From a virus (lineage: Duplodnaviria > Caudoviricetes): a stretch of DNA of 56,467 bases. Both the position numbers and the translations under genes were made by a program. Below, piece by piece: positions 37,361 to 46,974 of this stretch. Location: positions 1 to 56,467 of IMG/VR virus record IMGVR_UViG_3300043464_000574. One strand, 5' to 3'. The notes beneath the pieces are model-generated. The model made no database searches, was not told the DNA's origin, and saw nothing but the letters and a program-made list of their open reading frames with translations. The first letter of the stretch is position 1. Each line of letters begins with the position of its first letter.

Positions 37361-38040
37361 TGTGTTATTTCCGGTTGACAATCCTCAAGTTTAACAAACT
37401 TGAAGCATGTGGATACTGTAGGGAAAAGAACCTTGCCATGCCAATCTTTCATTCTGCTTTCATTGAAAAACCTGATGCATCTCTCATTTGATGCATCTTT
37501 ATTGAAAGCCCAGACAAGTTTAATGTTTGCCTTTTCCGCGCTGCTAATAATTCGTGATGCTGGATATAGGAAAAAATCCCATCCGGTTAATTCAAGAGAA
37601 TTATTAATGTTTTGCGTTGGGGTGAAGTCCATAACGAAAACAAAACCTCCAACTTTTAGAATTCGCGAAGCCTCTTTCATTAGGCTTTCTGGATTCCCAT
37701 AGCCGAAAGACTCGTTAAACATGACGCAATCCGCAAACTTGTCAGGTATTCCAGTCTCATGAAAGTCAGCCAGAATATGTTCGCGCCCCAAATCGCGCAT
37801 ATAACTTGACTGCACTTTGGAGTTAGTGACGCTGATGGTCCGAGAATCTGGATTAAAATGCTTGATCCAAGCGCCCGTCTCACCAATACCACCACCCATG
37901 TCAATGATCGTCCCATAAGGCTGGAACAATTTGACATAGGCATCCATATGAGATTGCTCATCTGGACCAAACATCTGCGATACGAATAACTTTATCCCGT
38001 GGGATAAGTATTCGGCAGTTTCTATATCATAATTGTTCAT
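37357..38040 (-). CDS. Class I SAM-dependent methyltransferase
   Basis: IIDMGGGIG, ADFHE..IPD..ADCV, EASRILKVGG...MD; visibly AT-rich. Confidence 0.85.
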   Translation of the reverse strand: MNNYDIETAEYLSHGIKLFVSQMFGPDEQSHMDAYVKLFQPYGTIIDMGGGIGETGAWIKHFNPDSRTISVTNSKVQSSYMRDLGREHILADFHETGIPDKFADCVMFNESFGYGNPESLMKEASRILKVGGFVFVMDFTPTQNINNSLELTGWDFFLYPASRIISSAEKANIKLVWAFNKDASNERCIRFFNESRMKDWHGKVLFPTVSTCFKFVKLEDCQPEITQ

Positions 38041-38492
38041 GCAGCCTGCTCCATGCCTTCTGCATCAAAATGCTTTTCGTACACCACTGTCTTCACGGTG
38101 TACCCGCGCCTCTTGACATGCGGCTCCCATCCGGGGCGACCGAAGAACTCAATGCCATGACAGCCAGCATTACGAGCAAACTGGTCTGCCGCCTCATGCA
38201 TCTTGTCCTCAATATGCCTCATGTGGTTCGGCGTCATCGCGCAGTACTGAACCACAAACATCTTCTTCTGCGGGTAGTGTTTAACCTCGGTCATCACGAA
38301 CCCATGCATTTCGTTCGTGTCAACATCGTAAACAGCCCACAACTGCATCTGCCCGGTTAGCGCAAACCGAACGATGTCATCGATGCTCGCCCGCCCCAAT
38401 GCCCACACTTCTGACTCGTTTAAATAACGAATAAGAGACGGGATCACATAACTGATCTTTCCGTAGGGGACAAGTGAGATATCGAAGTTCAT
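38037..38492 (-). CDS. GNAT-fold acetyltransferase-like protein of the ejection operon
   Basis: MQLW, MTEV..YP, FAR..GC..IE..GR.GW motif typical of podophage GNAT-like genes. Confidence 0.65.
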   Translation of the reverse strand: MNFDISLVPYGKISYVIPSLIRYLNESEVWALGRASIDDIVRFALTGQMQLWAVYDVDTNEMHGFVMTEVKHYPQKKMFVVQYCAMTPNHMRHIEDKMHEAADQFARNAGCHGIEFFGRPGWEPHVKRRGYTVKTVVYEKHFDAEGMEQAA

Positions 38493-38498
38493 TGAGTA

Positions 38499-39524
38499 TT
38501 AAAAACCTCGTTGAACGATGTCTGCGCTAGTAGATGTTGGATTAAATGATCCCTGCGGGAACTGACGCTGATTCTCTAACGCCATTTGCTGCGCCTGAGC
38601 CTGTGCCTGCGCCTGCTGATTCATTCCTTGGAACCCGTTCCCACCAAAGAATCCGCCTAATCCACCAAACATTCCCATGTAAGGACTGCCACCATAAGGA
38701 CCACCGAAGCCGCCATAAGGGTTCCCGAAACCAACGCCTTGGTCACGCATCGTGTCACCAAAGCCAGAGAAATTTCCGCGAAAGCCGGGGTTAGGCTGAA
38801 TAGCAGGGCCTAACTGCCGCTCATCGGGAACAAAAGGCTGCGCCCCTTGAGGTGAACCTCCAAGACGCTCTGCAAAACCAAACGCAGAGGACGGGTTTTC
38901 AGAGAGCCTTCTCATAAGGTCTTGCAGTTGTAGATCAAGCGGACTATCTGAAATAGCCTTGTACTTTTCAGTACTGCCGTAAGACGAGGGCGCAGGTTCA
39001 GGACTGGCAGACCCTTGAATCGGCCTGTAACGAATACTGTCCGGCCCAAAACTTCTAATAGTTCCGGGAGGAACTTCTCTATATTCTGGATTTAATTCGT
39101 ATCCCGGAGGCGGTTGATCCGTTCCAGTACGCGCTTGAATGGGACGAAACTGCATGTCACTAGGACGCACGTCCTGACTAAGCCTATTTGATGGCTGATA
39201 ATTAGGATTGACCTCCATCCCCGGAGGCGGCTGATAAGGATTCTGCCTTGCATAGGCATTACCCGGACCTTGATTCTGGAATCCGCCAAACTGAGGTTGC
39301 TGGAAACCAAACCCACCACCGTATTGAGGTTGTTGGAATCCACCGCCAAAGGGTTGTCCAAAACCACCACCATACTGGGGTGGCTGGAACCCACCGAACT
39401 GCTGGCCGAATCCGCCCATAGGTGGACCAAACCCTCCACCAAATCCACCACCAAACCCACCCATCGGCGGACCGAATCCGCCAGAGTATCCGCCTCCGCC
39501 GCTGAACCCGCCACCGCTACTCAT
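38499..39524 (-). CDS. Low-complexity GGFG/Q-rich protein
   Basis: 341 aa; many GGFG and QQPQ[YF]GG repeats at both ends, two PPG.E.NP.Y repeats; GGAG RBS. Confidence 0.7.
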   Translation of the reverse strand: MSSGGGFSGGGGYSGGFGPPMGGFGGGFGGGFGPPMGGFGQQFGGFQPPQYGGGFGQPFGGGFQQPQYGGGFGFQQPQFGGFQNQGPGNAYARQNPYQPPPGMEVNPNYQPSNRLSQDVRPSDMQFRPIQARTGTDQPPPGYELNPEYREVPPGTIRSFGPDSIRYRPIQGSASPEPAPSSYGSTEKYKAISDSPLDLQLQDLMRRLSENPSSAFGFAERLGGSPQGAQPFVPDERQLGPAIQPNPGFRGNFSGFGDTMRDQGVGFGNPYGGFGGPYGGSPYMGMFGGLGGFFGGNGFQGMNQQAQAQAQAQQMALENQRQFPQGSFNPTSTSADIVQRGF

Positions 39525-39526
39525 GG

Positions 39527-42106
39527 TTAAGCACTCCTACGGTAGGGGCGGACTTGTTCCGTGGTCCCCATGGTTTTCTTTCGGATGTCATCGACAAGTC
39601 CATCGAAGAACTTGGCTCCATCACCTGAGTACCCACCGCCTGCGAGAGCGACTGCATCCGCCGGGATGATGTATTCACCCGGAGAAACGGCCACAGGGCG
39701 CTGCGTCCCAATCATTCCTTCAACAAGATCATCCTGACCGCCGCCTTCGCCTTCGATCATCCCTTCGGTCTGTGCGCCCGGAACGATATCCTGAAGAATC
39801 TGATCGCGAAGTTGCATGAAGATCTCAGGTCCGTATTGTTCAACGAACGCACGGATAATCTGATCAGCGTTCTCAGCCTCCCCGCGAATAGCCAAAATGG
39901 TCATGGAAATCAGGTCATTTTCTGATCCTCCCATATCTTCCGCCATCGGCGTCATGCCGCCCTCAGCGAACCGACCGAAGTCTTCGTCGCTCATGGCGAA
40001 CTCCGCAGCAGGCGCTTGAGGAGAAACACCAGACATCTCTTCAATCATCGCGAGACGCTGAAGGATCTCAGGGTCAATATCCGGATACTGCTCAAGAGAA
40101 ACGGGCGGAACGGCAACTTGCGGAGGCATTGCCACAGGCGGCTGGAATCGCGGCTCTGGCATCTCTGCTCGCGGCGACTCAAATCGCGGCTCAGGCATTG
40201 CCATCGGGGGCGGCTCAAAGCGCGGGGCTGGCATCGCAACAGGAGGTTCAAAGCGAGGCTCAGGCATAGATACCTGAGGTGGCTCGAAACGAGGTTCAGG
40301 CATCGCTGCCGGAGGTTCGAAACGAGGCGCACGGCTGACCATCGGTTCCTGTATTTCAGGGAACTGCTGCTCAATGACAGGCGACTGCGGCTCAACAGCA
40401 GCACGCATGATCTCCTCACGTCGAGGTGCCTGCGGAACCTCAGGAGCGGTTGGCAAGTACTGCTCTAAGAACTCTGCCGTAGGGGGAGCAAAGGTCTGCG
40501 GAGCAGGCTCAGAGATCCTACGGAACTGCTCAAGGATATCCTCAATGCTCTCAGGGGCTGGGCCTTCGGGAATAGGCGCAGCAAGAGGGGTCGGCTGGGC
40601 GTTCTGTCCCAAGTTTGCATTGATGAAATCGTCTAACGCGCCTGTGCCGATATACTGACCAATTGACTCATCGAAGTCCTTGGTTCCGCCTGCGTACATC
40701 GGTTCTTCTCCGATGCGACGATCAATCCTAAGATCGTCTTCGATAATCCCCGGCATTACATCATCTTCGACAGGCTCCGGCATTTCCGGCTTGGCAACCA
40801 TTCCCCGCTCAGGGGGCTTTGCTCCACCGAAGAACCGCTGATATCCACCAAATCCCGACAGGAAGTCTTCTAGGTTGAACCCGCCGCCTGCAACGGGGCC
40901 GGGGCCAGTTCCGGGTGCGCCGCTGCCCGGAGCAACACCAGCGTCTGGGCCTGTGGTTGTTTCCGGAGGTGGCTTGTTGGGATCGATATCGGTGAAGTAT
41001 TTAAACTCAGGGGCCACACCCGGCATGTATCCTTCACCGCCCACATCCAATGCAGAGTAACTTGCCTTCGGAGGGGTCAATGCATACTGACCGCGAAGCG
41101 AAAGTTGGATGTCCTTTGCGGCAGGGATATCGGCAAAAGCCGAACGGTTCATGGCCTCGCGGACCTGACTCTCAATGTCACCGCCGTCGAAGTACCGCTC
41201 TACGATACCGCCGCGAGAGTAGCCGACACCGGGGTAAGCGCCGCGAACTGCGTTGAAGACATCGCCCATCTGGCCGCGAATCCGCTGACGCTCTTTCTCT
41301 TCCTGCTCTTCGAAAGCACGGGCGCTGCCCTGCCCAGACAACTCCATCTCGCGAGCCATGCGTCCAGTCTCGCCAACATATACCGGCAGGAAAGAACCGG
41401 GCTTGGCAAGTTCGCTGAAGAACTGACCGGGCTGCTGGAACGGCTGCGCGAAACGCTGTCCCGCTGTCATTTCAACAGGAAGAACCCTTGCAGCAGGCGA
41501 GAATGCATCCGGACTCATTGAAGCGCCAAATCCTTCGAAGACATCTCCCACCGCAGAGGGTGCGGCCTGAGAAGCGATATCAGCGATGGGGTTTATTGCG
41601 GAGCCGAAGCCTTCGGCAACTTGCGGGATTTGAGTGGCAAGTTGTGTAGTTGTATCAGCAGCAGCCTGAGTTGCCCCCTGAGCCGCAGTTCCCGCTGCCG
41701 TAGTACCGGCTTTGGTCAACTCGCCTAGTCCACCCAGAGCAGAGCCAATTCCAAATCCGGTGATGCCGGACATGATGCCTTGCTCAAGATCTCCCGTTAC
41801 CGCAGTGGTTGCGGCTGCGGAACCCAATGCGCCTGCCGCCGCAGCGCCCAGCGCCTTGGAACCTAGAGCGCCAGCCAAGGTAGAGCCTAGTGCTGCATTG
41901 CCAAGGAAAGACCCCAACAAAGGGGCAAGGAAGGGCAGGAAGGCTTCTGGCTGGCCGGTCTGGGGGTTCCGGGTCAACTGTCCGGTCGGGGACAGACGGG
42001 ACAGCATCTGAACCTCAATCGGGTTCATGTGTACAAGTTGCGAGTCACCGTATCTGCCGTATCCGGCAAGTTGGTTCGCGACTCCTTGGTATGGGGCGTT
42101 ATACAT
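39527..42106 (-). CDS. Ejection/internal virion protein with Pro-rich repeats
   Basis: AGGAG RBS before MYNAPY; GRYGD...NP.TG.PEAF N-terminal motif, Gly/Ala hydrophobic segment, MPEPRFEPP repeats, C-terminal DD...SPGEYIIPADAV. Confidence 0.75.
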   Translation of the reverse strand: MYNAPYQGVANQLAGYGRYGDSQLVHMNPIEVQMLSRLSPTGQLTRNPQTGQPEAFLPFLAPLLGSFLGNAALGSTLAGALGSKALGAAAAGALGSAAATTAVTGDLEQGIMSGITGFGIGSALGGLGELTKAGTTAAGTAAQGATQAAADTTTQLATQIPQVAEGFGSAINPIADIASQAAPSAVGDVFEGFGASMSPDAFSPAARVLPVEMTAGQRFAQPFQQPGQFFSELAKPGSFLPVYVGETGRMAREMELSGQGSARAFEEQEEKERQRIRGQMGDVFNAVRGAYPGVGYSRGGIVERYFDGGDIESQVREAMNRSAFADIPAAKDIQLSLRGQYALTPPKASYSALDVGGEGYMPGVAPEFKYFTDIDPNKPPPETTTGPDAGVAPGSGAPGTGPGPVAGGGFNLEDFLSGFGGYQRFFGGAKPPERGMVAKPEMPEPVEDDVMPGIIEDDLRIDRRIGEEPMYAGGTKDFDESIGQYIGTGALDDFINANLGQNAQPTPLAAPIPEGPAPESIEDILEQFRRISEPAPQTFAPPTAEFLEQYLPTAPEVPQAPRREEIMRAAVEPQSPVIEQQFPEIQEPMVSRAPRFEPPAAMPEPRFEPPQVSMPEPRFEPPVAMPAPRFEPPPMAMPEPRFESPRAEMPEPRFQPPVAMPPQVAVPPVSLEQYPDIDPEILQRLAMIEEMSGVSPQAPAAEFAMSDEDFGRFAEGGMTPMAEDMGGSENDLISMTILAIRGEAENADQIIRAFVEQYGPEIFMQLRDQILQDIVPGAQTEGMIEGEGGGQDDLVEGMIGTQRPVAVSPGEYIIPADAVALAGGGYSGDGAKFFDGLVDDIRKKTMGTTEQVRPYRRSA

Positions 42107-42143
42107 GGCAACTCCTATGGTTGCGTGGAGCCACGGCTCCATG

Positions 42144-42172
42144 GATTCTGGTGGAACGGCGTTTAAATTTCA
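42144..42172 (-). promoter_or_regulatory. Candidate promoter of the ejection operon
   Basis: Minus strand TTGAAA-17 nt-CAGAAT; hairpin TGGAGCC-AC-GGCTCCA downstream. Confidence 0.35.
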
Positions 42173-42196
42173 ATGAGATAAATAGGTCACAGGTCA

Positions 42197-42799
42197 TCAT
42201 ACAGAGCCTGATTCGTAGTTAGAGATCCATTCAACGGTCAAGATGATGGATGGGATTTCTGGGACGTTCCCAGAAGCGGCTTCGTGCAGGATGACCACAT
42301 TGGTATCCGAAGACTGCCATGCCAATTCGAAGTAATTGCCGCCTACCAAAGGCAACAGGAAGTTCCACGAGGCAACGATTTCTGAGTTTGGTCCATCGAT
42401 AACGATCTTGGTGGCTGAGTAAGAAACATTGACTCCGTTGATTCTCGGCCAAATTAAAACAGCACTGGCGCTTCCGCCGGTCTTGTCTAACTGAGCAGAG
42501 AATTGAAAATTGTAGACCCCGGAATCTGCTATGTAGATCTTGGAAGTAGGAATGCCTCTCTGAACTTGAAACTCACTGACTACACTGTTGAAAGTGAACA
42601 GATTGACCGTGTTCGCTACCGGATTGGTCTGGGTCGTGGTGTCGTAATACGAAGCATGAGGGGTTGGTGCGTTGACCTTATTGGCAACTGAGTTAAAGAA
42701 CAGCCTCAAGACGTTCGAAAACTGATCCTGATAGCGCCTTTCATACTCCTGTGGAGCAATCGGCAAGTTCGGCGGGGCGACATTAGAAATGACTCCCAT
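42197..42799 (-). CDS. Virion structural protein (beta-rich C-terminal domain)
   Basis: 200 aa; PPNLP.AP.EY, GVYNFQFSAQL, IPSIILTV; follows the tail hub gene. Confidence 0.65.
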   Translation of the reverse strand: MGVISNVAPPNLPIAPQEYERRYQDQFSNVLRLFFNSVANKVNAPTPHASYYDTTTQTNPVANTVNLFTFNSVVSEFQVQRGIPTSKIYIADSGVYNFQFSAQLDKTGGSASAVLIWPRINGVNVSYSATKIVIDGPNSEIVASWNFLLPLVGGNYFELAWQSSDTNVVILHEAASGNVPEIPSIILTVEWISNYESGSV

Positions 42800-45090
42800 T
42801 AGCGTCTTCCATCTGGTCTAATGTCTAAACGCATCGCACCCATCTGCCATGCCACACCAAGGTCAGATGAGGTCACACGGAGGGCTAACTGCCTACCCCT
42901 GATGCGGGTATAGACCTGCTCGGTGTATTGTTGTACAGGAACAACAGATGTTGCCTGCACAGTATCTACGTCCGCAGTTCCGTACAAAGCGCCGGGGTAG
43001 TTATGCGGGTAAAGACTGAGCGTGACCGCAGGGGTGTTGGTGCTGGAACCCAAGAACTTCACGTCAGGGATGATTCTGGAGACAAAACTAAACTGGTCTC
43101 CATCCCCAATATCGAAGTCCGCAGTCTGGATGAACGCCGTAATTGGCTGCGCCACGCCCGTCGAGACATCGTCCCAGCCGACTTCATGGAACGCTACCTG
43201 ATTGGGGGCATTCATGGTCACATACGAATATGCCGTATGCGAGGCCGCAGTGGTGGTATTCGCGCCTCTCACGCAGCCGGTCAGAGCATTACCGCTAACT
43301 CCAGTGTAGGTGATCTCTTCACTATCAATGACAACCGTCCCGGTGTTTGGGAATGACGATGCATTGAGTAGCGTGATCGATGTATCGGTCGAGTTGATGC
43401 CTGCGGACAGATAAGACTCTTGGATGCTGATTGCCAGCATCGGGTAGTCGCGGAGAGTCTGCTGAACAAATGCTGTTCTGTTTAAACTTCCGTAGTGCCA
43501 AGTGCCATCTTGATAATTGAACGCGACATAGAGGTTATTCACCTGACTGTCGGTTCCGGGGTAGAACCACCAGATTTCGCTGTAAGCCTCATTGATTCCA
43601 CACATCACCTGCGAGATCTGAGACTTGTTTAAACCTGAAAAGACATGCTGGCGCAGGCTACAGGGGAGTGTGTCAACACGTCCGTTGTAGACGAAGAACT
43701 TGTCGGTTCCCATCCAATAGACCGAGTTATTGACCGCGATAACAGAGTTCTGGGATGCAACAGAGATGTCTTGGTCAAGAAGGTTGATGCCCCACACAAA
43801 CGGCGGGCCAATGTACTGCATGGAGTAGATGGCTGTGTCCGTCAGAACCACGATCTCCTGACGGGTTGAAACTGCCGTCATGATCATGGAGCCGTTGGTA
43901 ATCCGCTGTTCGCCTGCCTGATTGGTGAGTTCCGGAACCCATTCATAGGGATTCTCTTGGTCTGACCAACGAATCAGAAGCGGGTCGAATGTCGTACCAA
44001 AATCCAATGGGTTGTAAGGCTTCGATCCAAAGCAAATGAAGAAGTCCCGAACAGGGGATGAGTTGATGACCAAGGTTTCATCAGGTGCCTGAAGACCCGA
44101 ATACGATGCCGTCACCGATACCGTTCCAGACCCTGTGGTTGCCGCAGAGAGCGTCAGGGACGTTGTCCCAGTCCATGCGGTGGTGACATAGGCTCCTGTC
44201 GGAATACCGCTACCGGCGATGACAGAGCCGGTGTTAATGCCTGTTGCATCCGCAACCACAATGGTCGTTACACCTGAAGCAAAGGTGGCTGTCGTGGCAA
44301 CCTTCGGAACTGAGTTGATCTTCGCTTTGAGCGTGACTGCGCGAGACCATGAAGACGTGTCGTCAGTCCAGTAGTAAATACCACCATCTCGTTCCGCAAA
44401 GATCAGATCATCACCATAGTTGACGATGGACCAGAGCCGCATCGGCAAACCAATCGGAGTGCTGGAACCCCATCCACCAAATCCCCATGGGCCGCTGCCC
44501 CAGCCAATGGCCGAGGTGGCTACCGCAGGACCGGCATTGATGTAGTACGTCACTACAACCGCAGAGCCACCACCTGTTGCCGTCGCATTGGCTGCTGATG
44601 CGGCAATGATGGTGTATGTATTGTCTGACGGAACACCCACGATCTCGTATTCGCCAGAGAGTGTGATACCACCTACCGCAGTGGCACCTGAAATGCTGAT
44701 GTAAGTTCCGACAGTAATTCCGTGCGCTGTTTCGGTGATGGTAACTAGACGGCTACCATTGGTAGTGGCAATCGGGTCTGCGCCAAGGGTGACAGTCTCT
44801 CTAATTGGAGTGATGTCGTGATAGGTGCCACCTAGTTCGACATAGAGTTTCTGGTTAGTGGCAAGCGCCAGCAGGTTCTGCGAAAGCAGGGTGACGTAGT
44901 TCCACATGTACCGGCACACCCCATCGAAGGTGTTGCCATTCGATGTGATGTTCTGCCAACCGCCGATCTTCTGGGGGAACCCGCCACGGAAGCGGACCTT
45001 TTCAGAAATGAAGAATCCGCCTTCATCGGCATAATCGGTCGTTTCTCTATTAACGCCGGGGCGAAGTTGTAACTTCTGTAATGGCATCAC
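42799..45090 (-). CDS. Tail hub/stabilisation protein (P22 gp10/tubular B-like)
   Basis: 763 aa; VRFR.G.PQKIGGW, LLIRWSDQEN, YWMG..FF.Y.G, EIWWFYP, RIRGRQ, RLDIRPDGRR. Confidence 0.8.
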   Translation of the reverse strand: MMPLQKLQLRPGVNRETTDYADEGGFFISEKVRFRGGFPQKIGGWQNITSNGNTFDGVCRYMWNYVTLLSQNLLALATNQKLYVELGGTYHDITPIRETVTLGADPIATTNGSRLVTITETAHGITVGTYISISGATAVGGITLSGEYEIVGVPSDNTYTIIAASAANATATGGGSAVVVTYYINAGPAVATSAIGWGSGPWGFGGWGSSTPIGLPMRLWSIVNYGDDLIFAERDGGIYYWTDDTSSWSRAVTLKAKINSVPKVATTATFASGVTTIVVADATGINTGSVIAGSGIPTGAYVTTAWTGTTSLTLSAATTGSGTVSVTASYSGLQAPDETLVINSSPVRDFFICFGSKPYNPLDFGTTFDPLLIRWSDQENPYEWVPELTNQAGEQRITNGSMIMTAVSTRQEIVVLTDTAIYSMQYIGPPFVWGINLLDQDISVASQNSVIAVNNSVYWMGTDKFFVYNGRVDTLPCSLRQHVFSGLNKSQISQVMCGINEAYSEIWWFYPGTDSQVNNLYVAFNYQDGTWHYGSLNRTAFVQQTLRDYPMLAISIQESYLSAGINSTDTSITLLNASSFPNTGTVVIDSEEITYTGVSGNALTGCVRGANTTTAASHTAYSYVTMNAPNQVAFHEVGWDDVSTGVAQPITAFIQTADFDIGDGDQFSFVSRIIPDVKFLGSSTNTPAVTLSLYPHNYPGALYGTADVDTVQATSVVPVQQYTEQVYTRIRGRQLALRVTSSDLGVAWQMGAMRLDIRPDGRR

Positions 45091-45575
45091 GACACTCCAG
45101 ACAAATACAACGCACGTTCATCTTGCCTGCGTTTAACCAATCCCGGAAGGACTTTTCCAGCCGCCTTCGTCCATTTCATGAATTCTTCTGCCGCTTCTTC
45201 AAAGTCACCCCGGTTGGTCTTCATCCGCAACCCAGAGCGTTGCAGATTTCCAAGGCCCACGTTGAAACTGAAGGAAACCAAAGCATCGAAAATCCCTTGA
45301 TGACCAAGAGCAGCAGGGCAAAGTCGGGCCACGCCGCGCTCAAACCGGCCAAGGTCTTGAGCAAGAATAGCGTCCACCTCTCCCATCGTGAAGGCGCGAT
45401 CCCAGCCGTCGGGTATCGGTAGACTCTTGCGCTCCTCATACTTCACCGCCGCATGGGTCGGATCAATCACATGGCCCACGCCCACCGTCCACAACAGCGC
45501 CGGACAACGGTAAGGCTTAGTCCTCACCCCTTCGTGGTGCTTTACAAGTTTAATCAGTTCAGGGCTAACCTTCAC
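45087..45575 (-). CDS. Endolysin, GH24 phage lysozyme
   Basis: HEG...PYRCPA..WTVGVGH, FDALVSFSFNVG.G, W..A.GKVLPGLVKRR..E. Confidence 0.93.
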   Translation of the reverse strand: MKVSPELIKLVKHHEGVRTKPYRCPALLWTVGVGHVIDPTHAAVKYEERKSLPIPDGWDRAFTMGEVDAILAQDLGRFERGVARLCPAALGHQGIFDALVSFSFNVGLGNLQRSGLRMKTNRGDFEEAAEEFMKWTKAAGKVLPGLVKRRQDERALYLSGVS

Positions 45576-46057
45576 TTTTGCGAGAACGCTCTGCCACCAA
45601 AATGGAACGCAATGATGGACGCCAGAATTGCCATCTCATCGTCGCTAAATACGTTTTCCATCGCAGCCGCAAACGGCACCCCTTGATGCCATGCGTACCA
45701 CACCCCGGCAATGTTCAGCGCGACCAACTCCAGCACGAAAATGTACGTCACGACAGGACGGACGCTGGCACGCAGGTTAATCATCCACTGACTCGCGCCC
45801 TTGCCAATTTCGATGTCGTGCTGGTACAGAGCCTGCCTCTCCTCGCCAGCCGTCTGCGTCTGGATTTGCTCCAGTTTGATTTCCTCAACCCGTGCCTGCG
45901 CGATAAACCCACGCTCTGCAAGGGCCAACTCACGCTCTTTCTGGGCTGCGACAAGAGCCAGTTCATGCTTTTTGTCCTGCCGGTCTTGGAAGATTTGCAG
46001 AATCTTGGGCAGTCCACCCGCAAGGAACGACAGAAAGGTGCTAATCATGGTCATCAT
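45572..46057 (-). CDS. Holin-like membrane protein
   Basis: W...LRASVRPVVTY, TM segments, IIAFHFGGR; directly upstream of the endolysin. Confidence 0.65.
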   Translation of the reverse strand: MMTMISTFLSFLAGGLPKILQIFQDRQDKKHELALVAAQKERELALAERGFIAQARVEEIKLEQIQTQTAGEERQALYQHDIEIGKGASQWMINLRASVRPVVTYIFVLELVALNIAGVWYAWHQGVPFAAAMENVFSDDEMAILASIIAFHFGGRAFSQK

Positions 46058-46311
46058 TTGTTGCGCTCCTCCATCAGTTTGACGCGCACCTGCAAGTCAT
46101 GGATGTCCTCCATGATGTCGTCTTTCATTTCCTGACGACGGGACGCGCTTAATGGGCTGTCGGTGGGTACACCTTCAGGCGTAATCAACGCGGGCATCTT
46201 GCTCTCAACCGACATCAGACGATTGTTGAACGATGCGATTTCCGTCAGCAGCCAGCCGACAGCGGCCAGTAGCACTGGGAACAACATATCCACAATCTTC
46301 TGCATGTTCAC
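46054..46311 (-). CDS. Small membrane-anchored coiled-coil protein (lysis region)
   Basis: N-terminal TM segment, 85 aa. Confidence 0.6.
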   Translation of the reverse strand: MNMQKIVDMLFPVLLAAVGWLLTEIASFNNRLMSVESKMPALITPEGVPTDSPLSASRRQEMKDDIMEDIHDLQVRVKLMEERNK

Positions 46312-46502
46312 CTTTGCAACGCCTCCACCAGCATCATTGCCATGGAACCCAACGCACCGACCAGCACCAGAATGACCGTGCCTCCGACTGAGATCACGAG
46401 TCTCTCCAAACGCTTTAAACGCGCATGGATCGCTTCGTACCGCACCGAACAGACATCAATGTGGCTGGTTACGGTCACTTCCAGTTCTTGCACGGTGGTC
46501 AT
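46308..46502 (-). CDS. XhlA-like small membrane protein
   Basis: H..VC..RYE.I..RL.RLE followed by a C-terminal TM. Confidence 0.65.
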   Translation of the reverse strand: MTTVQELEVTVTSHIDVCSVRYEAIHARLKRLERLVISVGGTVILVLVGALGSMAMMLVEALQR

Positions 46503-46651
46503 TGCTTCACTTCATCCGGCTTTGGCACCTGCGGCTCGGCTTGCTCCTTGATCTTGACGATGAGCGGCCACGCCCCCGTCTTGCTCGGCAAGTCGCCTAG
46601 CACTTGCAGGATTGCGTTTACCTCGTCGATGGACAGTTCTAGTTTAATCAC
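46499..46651 (-). CDS. 50-aa tail-fibre-associated protein
   Basis: GTG start; IKLELSIDEVNAILQVLGDLP...LI.KIKEQAEPQ; overlaps both neighbours. Confidence 0.65.
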   Translation of the reverse strand: MIKLELSIDEVNAILQVLGDLPSKTGAWPLIVKIKEQAEPQVPKPDEVKQ

Positions 46652-46974
46652 GGCGTCACCCACGGCAGCGGCGGCGACACGATGGGCGGGTTGATTTGGT
46701 TCTGAATCTGCCCCTCCACCGCAGCCTCAGTCGCGGCCTTATCCACGCCGTTGGCCCAGATCCAGCCCAGCACTTGCTCTTGCGTCAAATCAGCGTAAGG
46801 CGTGAAAGCCTCGCCCTGCACGACGGGAAACGAACAGGTCGAGTAGACGCTGCCGTTGTATTGGCCGTCTACGCCGTTGCACTGCCAGTGACAGCAGATG
46901 ACGTAATCCGCGCCCTCTGCGGTTTGCGGGATGCAGTTAAGAACCGAGATGTTCCATGTGATTACAGTAGACAT
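46648..46974 (-). CDS. Tail-fibre-associated protein
   Basis: 108 aa; FTPYADLTQEQVLGW, PPLPW; follows the fibre gene. Confidence 0.75.
   Translation of the reverse strand: MSTVITWNISVLNCIPQTAEGADYVICCHWQCNGVDGQYNGSVYSTCSFPVVQGEAFTPYADLTQEQVLGWIWANGVDKAATEAAVEGQIQNQINPPIVSPPLPWVTP

Noticed and set aside
40130-40340. Periodic DNA repeats as a possible CRISPR array
   Set aside because: They are degenerate in-frame coding repeats (MPEPRFEPP) without unique spacers; the Cas4-like gene belongs to the recombination module.
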